Source: Scandinavium sp. SGZ-S8 (GTDB taxonomy: Bacteria > Pseudomonadota > Gammaproteobacteria > Enterobacterales > Enterobacteriaceae). Taken from it: a stretch of DNA of 32,000 nucleotides. The notes under the pieces were generated by a model that saw only the letters and a list, made by a program, of their open reading frames with translations, was not told the DNA's origin and did not search any database. Position 1 is the first letter of the stretch. The number at the start of each line of letters is the position of its first letter. The stretch is taken from positions 142,335-174,334 of the forward strand of contig NZ_JAYRCK010000005.1 in the NCBI RefSeq assembly GCF_036409475.1, in the 5' to 3' direction. This document shows positions 27,702 through 32,000 of the stretch, in pieces. The translations under genes were made by a program, and so were the position numbers.

Positions 27702-28745
27702 TCAGGCTTTCCTCACCTTAGCCAGCTCCTTCATCAACGGCAGCATCACGCGCATGACATCGCGGCCACGGCGCTCGATCCGCCCCGGCAGGGTTTTGTC
27801 GATGTACTGCTGGTTATCCAACTGGACGTTATGCCAGCTGGTACCCTCCGGGAAGGCATGCGATTTTGCGCGCTGCTGGAACCCATCTTTATTACCCAGT
27901 GACCAGTTAGTGGCTTCGACAGAAAGCACCGGAATACCCGCTTTATCAAAAATCTCTGCATCGTTACAGCAGCCTGTCCCTTTTGGGTAAGCAGGGTTCA
28001 GCCCAGGATTGCTGATGGCTTGAATACCGTGGCTGTGCGCAATTTTGAGCGCCCGATCGCGCGTCAGTTTGCGCACGGAGGCTGGCGTGGTTTTGCCGCT
28101 GTTGAAATAGAGTTTGTCGCCTACTACCAGGTTATCGAGGTTGATCACCAACAGGGTGTTCTTTTTCTCTTCAGGGCTCATGCGTTTGAGGATATTTTCT
28201 GCGCCCAGTTTCCCCTCTTCTTCACCGCTGGTGGCGATGAAACGAATACTGTACTCGGTGGGAATATCTTTCAGGCGCTCGGCCAGTTCGAGCATCACGC
28301 CGACGCCCATCGCGTTATCGTCGATGCCTTGTAGCGTCAAACCGCCGAGGTTCTTTTCCACGTCTGTGTCGCTGTGCGGAGCATAGGTATCAAGATGTGC
28401 CATCACGATAATCTGCTGGCTGGCTTTGCCTTCGTGTGCGGCGATGACCGTGCTACCGGTGACGTTATGCCAGTTCTGTCGATTATCTTTGCTGGTATAA
28501 ATGAAGCGGCTTTTAAACGTGCGGATATCGCTCTCGTAACCCATCAGGGAGAACTGCTGACGGACATAGTCGGCTGAGAGCATTTCGGCCGGGCTACCTG
28601 TCATTCGCCCAGGGAAATAGGTGGCGATATGGCGTGCTTGCTCATTGGCAATATGACCGGCGGGCACAACGGCGGCGAAAACAGAGGTCGAAAAACATGC
28701 GCCAATCGCGAGCGGCAGCAGGCGGCGGCACAATGCGGCAAACAT
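27702..28745 (-). CDS. iap: Alkaline phosphatase isozyme conversion aminopeptidase (M28 family), signal peptide present
   Basis: 347-aa ORF with a signal-like N-terminus MFAALCRRLLPLAIGACFSTSVFA. M28 metal-ligand motifs are present (…MAHLDT…, …GIDDNAMGV…, …SGEEEGKLG…). The position next to the CRISPR array matches E. coli. Confidence 0.92.
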   Translation of the reverse strand: MFAALCRRLLPLAIGACFSTSVFAAVVPAGHIANEQARHIATYFPGRMTGSPAEMLSADYVRQQFSLMGYESDIRTFKSRFIYTSKDNRQNWHNVTGSTVIAAHEGKASQQIIVMAHLDTYAPHSDTDVEKNLGGLTLQGIDDNAMGVGVMLELAERLKDIPTEYSIRFIATSGEEEGKLGAENILKRMSPEEKKNTLLVINLDNLVVGDKLYFNSGKTTPASVRKLTRDRALKIAHSHGIQAISNPGLNPAYPKGTGCCNDAEIFDKAGIPVLSVEATNWSLGNKDGFQQRAKSHAFPEGTSWHNVQLDNQQYIDKTLPGRIERRGRDVMRVMLPLMKELAKVRKA

Positions 28746-28983
28746 AATGTGTCCTTACATGAGGGCAAAATAATTAACCGCATTAGTATGAAACTGTGAC
28801 CGGCTCAACACAATTTCATTTCGTCTTAAACTGCCCAGAAAACGCGCACTAAGCACTTTTTTATCTGAACAATTCTGAAGTGTTATTCCTTTGCGGAACT
28901 ACTCATTCCATTTCGTAATTTCATTTGCTCTAAGCCTCCCCCTATAGTCGCCCTATGACTGAATGTGAACGAGTTGTCGCCCC

Positions 28984-30399
28984 GTGGACTATTTGCCTCT
29001 CTTTGCTGAACTGAAAGACCGCCCGGTTTTGGTTATCGGCGCAGGCGACGTTGCTGCCCGCAAAATCGTGCTGCTTCGCCGGGCAGGTGCCCGCGTGCGG
29101 CTGGTTGCCCGTGAGATCGCGCCGGAAATCGCCGGGCAGGTGGAGAGCGGCGATATCACAATGCTTGCCGAAGAGTTTGACGAGGCCCAAATCGACACTG
29201 TGTTCCTGGTGGTTGCCGCGACGGACGACGCTGAACTCAATCAGCGCGTATTTGCTGCCGCGGACGCTCGCCAGCGTCTGGTGAACGTGGTTGATAACCC
29301 GCCGCTCTGCTCGTTCATTTTCCCTTCGATTGTCGATCGCTCACCGTTGATGGTGGCTATCTCTTCCAGTGGCACAGCGCCGGTGCTGGCAAGGCTGCTG
29401 CGGGAAAAAATTGAGGCGCTGTTGCCAACCAACATTGGGCGCATGGCGCAAGCGGCGAGCTATTGGCGTCATCACTTGCAGACGCGGCTGACCAGTGTGG
29501 CTGAACGCCGTCGTTTCTGGGAGCGCGTCTTCACCGGGCGTTTCGCCAGCCAGATGTTGGCCGGGAATGAAGCGGCGGCTCAGCAGGCGCTGGAAGATGA
29601 ACTGAATCAGCCTGAACGTCGCATGGGCGATATCACGCTTGTTGGCGCAGGGCCGGGCGATGCAGGCTTGCTGACGCTTCGTGGCTTGCAGGTTATCCAG
29701 CAGGCCGATGTGGTGTTTTACGACCATCTGGTGACGGACTCGGTGCTTGAGCTTGTTCGCCGCGATGCAGATCTTATCTGCGTGGGCAAACGCGCAGGCA
29801 GCCACACCGTACCTCAGCATGAAACGAATCGTCTGCTGGTGGAGGCGGCGCTTGAGGGCAAAAGCGTGGTGCGTCTGAAAGGTGGCGACCCGTTTATTTT
29901 TGGCCGCGGCGGCGAAGAACTGCAGGCGGCGGCAGAAGCAGGCGTGCCGTTCCAGGTGGTGCCCGGTGTGACCGCAGCGGCAGGGGCAACGGCCTATGCC
30001 GGGATTCCATTAACCCACCGGGATCACGCCCAAAGCGTGACTTTCGTGACCGGACATTACAAAGCCGACAGCACGCCGTTTGACTGGGCGCACCTGGCGC
30101 AAAGCCGTCAGACGCTGGCGATTTACATGGGCACCATGAAGGCGGCGGACATCAGCCAACAGCTTATCCAGCACGGGCGCGATGCTTCGACCCCGGTGGC
30201 GGTGATAAGCCGTGGCACTCGCGCCGATCAACAGGTCAGCGTCGGCACATTACAACAACTCGAGAGCCTTGCGAAAGACGCCCCAATGCCAGCTTTGCTG
30301 GTGGTTGGAGAGGTGGTGCAACTGCATCATCAGCTCGCCTGGTTTCAACACAACCCACAACAGGAGGGCTTTAACTCCTCCGTGGTGAATCTGGCTTAA
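28984..30399 (+). CDS. cysG: Siroheme synthase (uroporphyrinogen-III methyltransferase / precorrin-2 dehydrogenase / ferrochelatase), CysG paralog
   Basis: 471-aa ORF with a GTG start giving [27 protein letters not shown] (E. coli CysG: [27 protein letters not shown]). It contains the SUMT motifs [16 protein letters not shown] and [16 protein letters not shown]. The stop lies 9 nt before cysD. Confidence 0.92.
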   Translation: MDYLPLFAELKDRPVLVIGAGDVAARKIVLLRRAGARVRLVAREIAPEIAGQVESGDITMLAEEFDEAQIDTVFLVVAATDDAELNQRVFAAADARQRLVNVVDNPPLCSFIFPSIVDRSPLMVAISSSGTAPVLARLLREKIEALLPTNIGRMAQAASYWRHHLQTRLTSVAERRRFWERVFTGRFASQMLAGNEAAAQQALEDELNQPERRMGDITLVGAGPGDAGLLTLRGLQVIQQADVVFYDHLVTDSVLELVRRDADLICVGKRAGSHTVPQHETNRLLVEAALEGKSVVRLKGGDPFIFGRGGEELQAAAEAGVPFQVVPGVTAAAGATAYAGIPLTHRDHAQSVTFVTGHYKADSTPFDWAHLAQSRQTLAIYMGTMKAADISQQLIQHGRDASTPVAVISRGTRADQQVSVGTLQQLESLAKDAPMPALLVVGEVVQLHHQLAWFQHNPQQEGFNSSVVNLA

Positions 30400-30408
30400 G
30401 GAACGGTT

Positions 30409-31317
30409 ATGGACCAAAAACGACTCACTCACTTGCGGCAGCTGGAGGCGGAAAGCATCCACATCATCCGTGAAGTGGCGGCTGAATTTTCCAACCCGGT
30501 GATGATGTACTCCATCGGCAAGGATTCCAGCGTGATGCTGCATCTGGCGCGCAAGGCGTTCTACCCAGGAACCCTGCCATTCCCGTTGCTGCACGTGGAT
30601 ACCGGCTGGAAATTCCGTGAGATGTACGAATTCCGTGACCGCACTGCGAAAGCCTACGGCTGCGAGCTGTTGGTGCATAAAAACCCGGAAGGGGTGGCGA
30701 TGGGCATCAACCCGTTCGTGCACGGCAGCGCTAAACACACTGACATCATGAAAACTGAAGGCCTGAAGCAGGCGCTGAATAAATACGGTTTTGACGCCGC
30801 ATTCGGTGGGGCTCGTCGTGATGAAGAAAAATCTCGCGCCAAAGAACGTATCTACTCTTTCCGCGATCGTTTCCACCGCTGGGACCCGAAAAATCAGCGT
30901 CCGGAGCTGTGGCACAACTATAACGGCCAGATTAACAAAGGCGAGAGCATTCGCGTGTTCCCGCTTTCTAACTGGACCGAGCTGGATATCTGGCAGTACA
31001 TCTATCTGGAGAATATTGAAATCGTTCCGCTGTATCTGGCTGCCCCTCGTCCGGTGCTGGAGCGCGACGGCATGCTGATGATGATCGACGACGATCGTAT
31101 CGATTTGCAGCCTGGCGAGGTTATCGAGCAGCGCATGGTGCGTTTCCGTACCCTCGGCTGTTGGCCGCTGACCGGCGCGGTGGAGTCTGAAGCGCAGACG
31201 TTGCCGGAAATCATCGAAGAGATGCTGGTCTCGACCACCAGTGAACGTCAGGGCCGCATGATCGACCGCGACCAGGCAGGCTCCATGGAGCTTAAGAAAC
31301 GTCAGGGTTATTTCTAA
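30409..31317 (+). CDS. cysD: Sulfate adenylyltransferase subunit 2
   Basis: 302-aa [30 protein letters not shown]...[12 protein letters not shown]... with a PP-loop motif. It is near-identical to E. coli CysD. Confidence 0.97.
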   Translation: MDQKRLTHLRQLEAESIHIIREVAAEFSNPVMMYSIGKDSSVMLHLARKAFYPGTLPFPLLHVDTGWKFREMYEFRDRTAKAYGCELLVHKNPEGVAMGINPFVHGSAKHTDIMKTEGLKQALNKYGFDAAFGGARRDEEKSRAKERIYSFRDRFHRWDPKNQRPELWHNYNGQINKGESIRVFPLSNWTELDIWQYIYLENIEIVPLYLAAPRPVLERDGMLMMIDDDRIDLQPGEVIEQRMVRFRTLGCWPLTGAVESEAQTLPEIIEEMLVSTTSERQGRMIDRDQAGSMELKKRQGYF

Positions 31318-31326
31318 GGAGCCGCC

Positions 31327-32000
31327 ATGAACACAACGATTGCACAACAGATTGCCGATGAAGGCGGCGTGGAAGCGTATCTGCACGCTCAGCAGCACAA
31401 AAGCCTGCTGCGCTTTTTGACCTGCGGCAGCGTCGACGATGGCAAAAGTACGCTGATTGGCCGTCTGTTGCACGATACCCGTCAGATTTACGAAGATCAG
31501 CTTTCTTCGCTGCACAATGACAGCAAGCGTCACGGCACTCAGGGCGAAAAACTGGATCTGGCGCTGCTGGTGGATGGCTTGCAGGCTGAGCGCGAGCAGG
31601 GCATTACTATTGATGTGGCGTACCGCTATTTCTCCACCGAGAAGCGCAAATTTATCATCGCCGACACTCCTGGGCATGAGCAGTACACCCGCAATATGGC
31701 GACCGGCGCATCAACCTGTGAACTTGCGATTCTGCTGATGGATGCGCGTAAAGGCGTGCTGGACCAAACCCGTCGCCACAGCTTTATCTCTACGTTGCTG
31801 GGGATTAAGCATCTGGTGGTCGCGGTCAATAAAATGGATCTGGTGAATTACAGCGAAGACACCTTCAACGAAATTCGTGAAGCTTATCTGACGTTTGCCG
31901 AACAGCTGCCGGGCGAACTGGATATCCGCTTTGTGCCGCTGTCTGCCCTGGAAGGTGATAATGTTGCAAGTCAGAGCGAAAAAATGCCATGGTACAGCGG
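31327..32000 (+). CDS. cysN: Sulfate adenylyltransferase subunit 1 (GTPase), N-terminal part (3' end outside window)
   Basis: The ATG at 31327 lies 9 nt after cysD. The translation is [50 protein letters not shown]...[12 protein letters not shown]...NKMDL, carrying the G1, G3 and G4 GTPase motifs. The frame is open to the window end, so it is absent from the ORF track. Confidence 0.95.
   Translation, partial: MNTTIAQQIADEGGVEAYLHAQQHKSLLRFLTCGSVDDGKSTLIGRLLHDTRQIYEDQLSSLHNDSKRHGTQGEKLDLALLVDGLQAEREQGITIDVAYRYFSTEKRKFIIADTPGHEQYTRNMATGASTCELAILLMDARKGVLDQTRRHSFISTLLGIKHLVVAVNKMDLVNYSEDTFNEIREAYLTFAEQLPGELDIRFVPLSALEGDNVASQSEKMPWYS

Noticed and set aside
28955-29014. 19-codon ORF with two Cys codons ([19 protein letters not shown]) overlapping the cysG start, a tempting Cys-sensing leader peptide
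   Set aside because: It has no Shine-Dalgarno, no associated terminator or antiterminator structure, and only two Cys codons. cys regulon control is by CysB rather than attenuation.
30250-31677. 475-aa ORF on the minus strand
   Set aside because: It lies antisense to the strongly supported cysD and cysN genes. It is a shadow ORF of GC-rich coding sequence with a low-complexity, H/R/Q-rich translation and no recognisable motifs.

Overview
This is an enterobacterial chromosomal segment, Escherichia/Citrobacter/Salmonella-like judging by protein similarity recalled from memory. Gene order follows the E. coli K-12 region ygcQ/ygcPON - queD - cysJIH - type I-E cas operon - CRISPR - iap - cysDN. 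Core genes are ETF/FixCX-like ygcQ, ygcP, ygcO and ygcN, then queD, cysJ, cysI and cysH, then iap, a cysG-like siroheme synthase joined to cysD, and the start of cysN. A complete type I-E CRISPR-Cas locus is present (cas3, cse1/cas8e, cse2/cas11, cas7e, cas5e, cas6e, cas1, cas2, 93-nt leader). Its array is very long, with 80 repeats and 79 spacers at 16851-21698. A visibly AT-richer ~5.7 kb island lies between the array and iap. It encodes a galactitol-family PTS (EIIA, EIIB, EIIC), its own HPr paralog, a RhaD-like class II aldolase, a D-2-hydroxyacid dehydrogenase and an AraC regulator. The most interesting signal is a hidden minus-strand mini-CRISPR at the cas3 stop codon (10458-10530). It has two repeat-like elements, one degenerate but keeping its hairpin through compensatory changes, flanking a 15-nt pseudo-spacer, with an extended -10 promoter just upstream. 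That pseudo-spacer has a perfect match with a canonical AAG PAM 95 bp away (10582-10599), in the cas3-cse1 intergenic region ahead of the Cascade operon. This is the architecture of crRNA-like regulators of the CreA/CreR type. A 26-codon hydrophobic ORF and a perfect palindrome lie between that site and cse1. The array also shows alternating blocks of repeat loop variants, re-acquired spacers including a seed-variant pair, odd spacer lengths, and one repeat whose PAM-derived last base is T.
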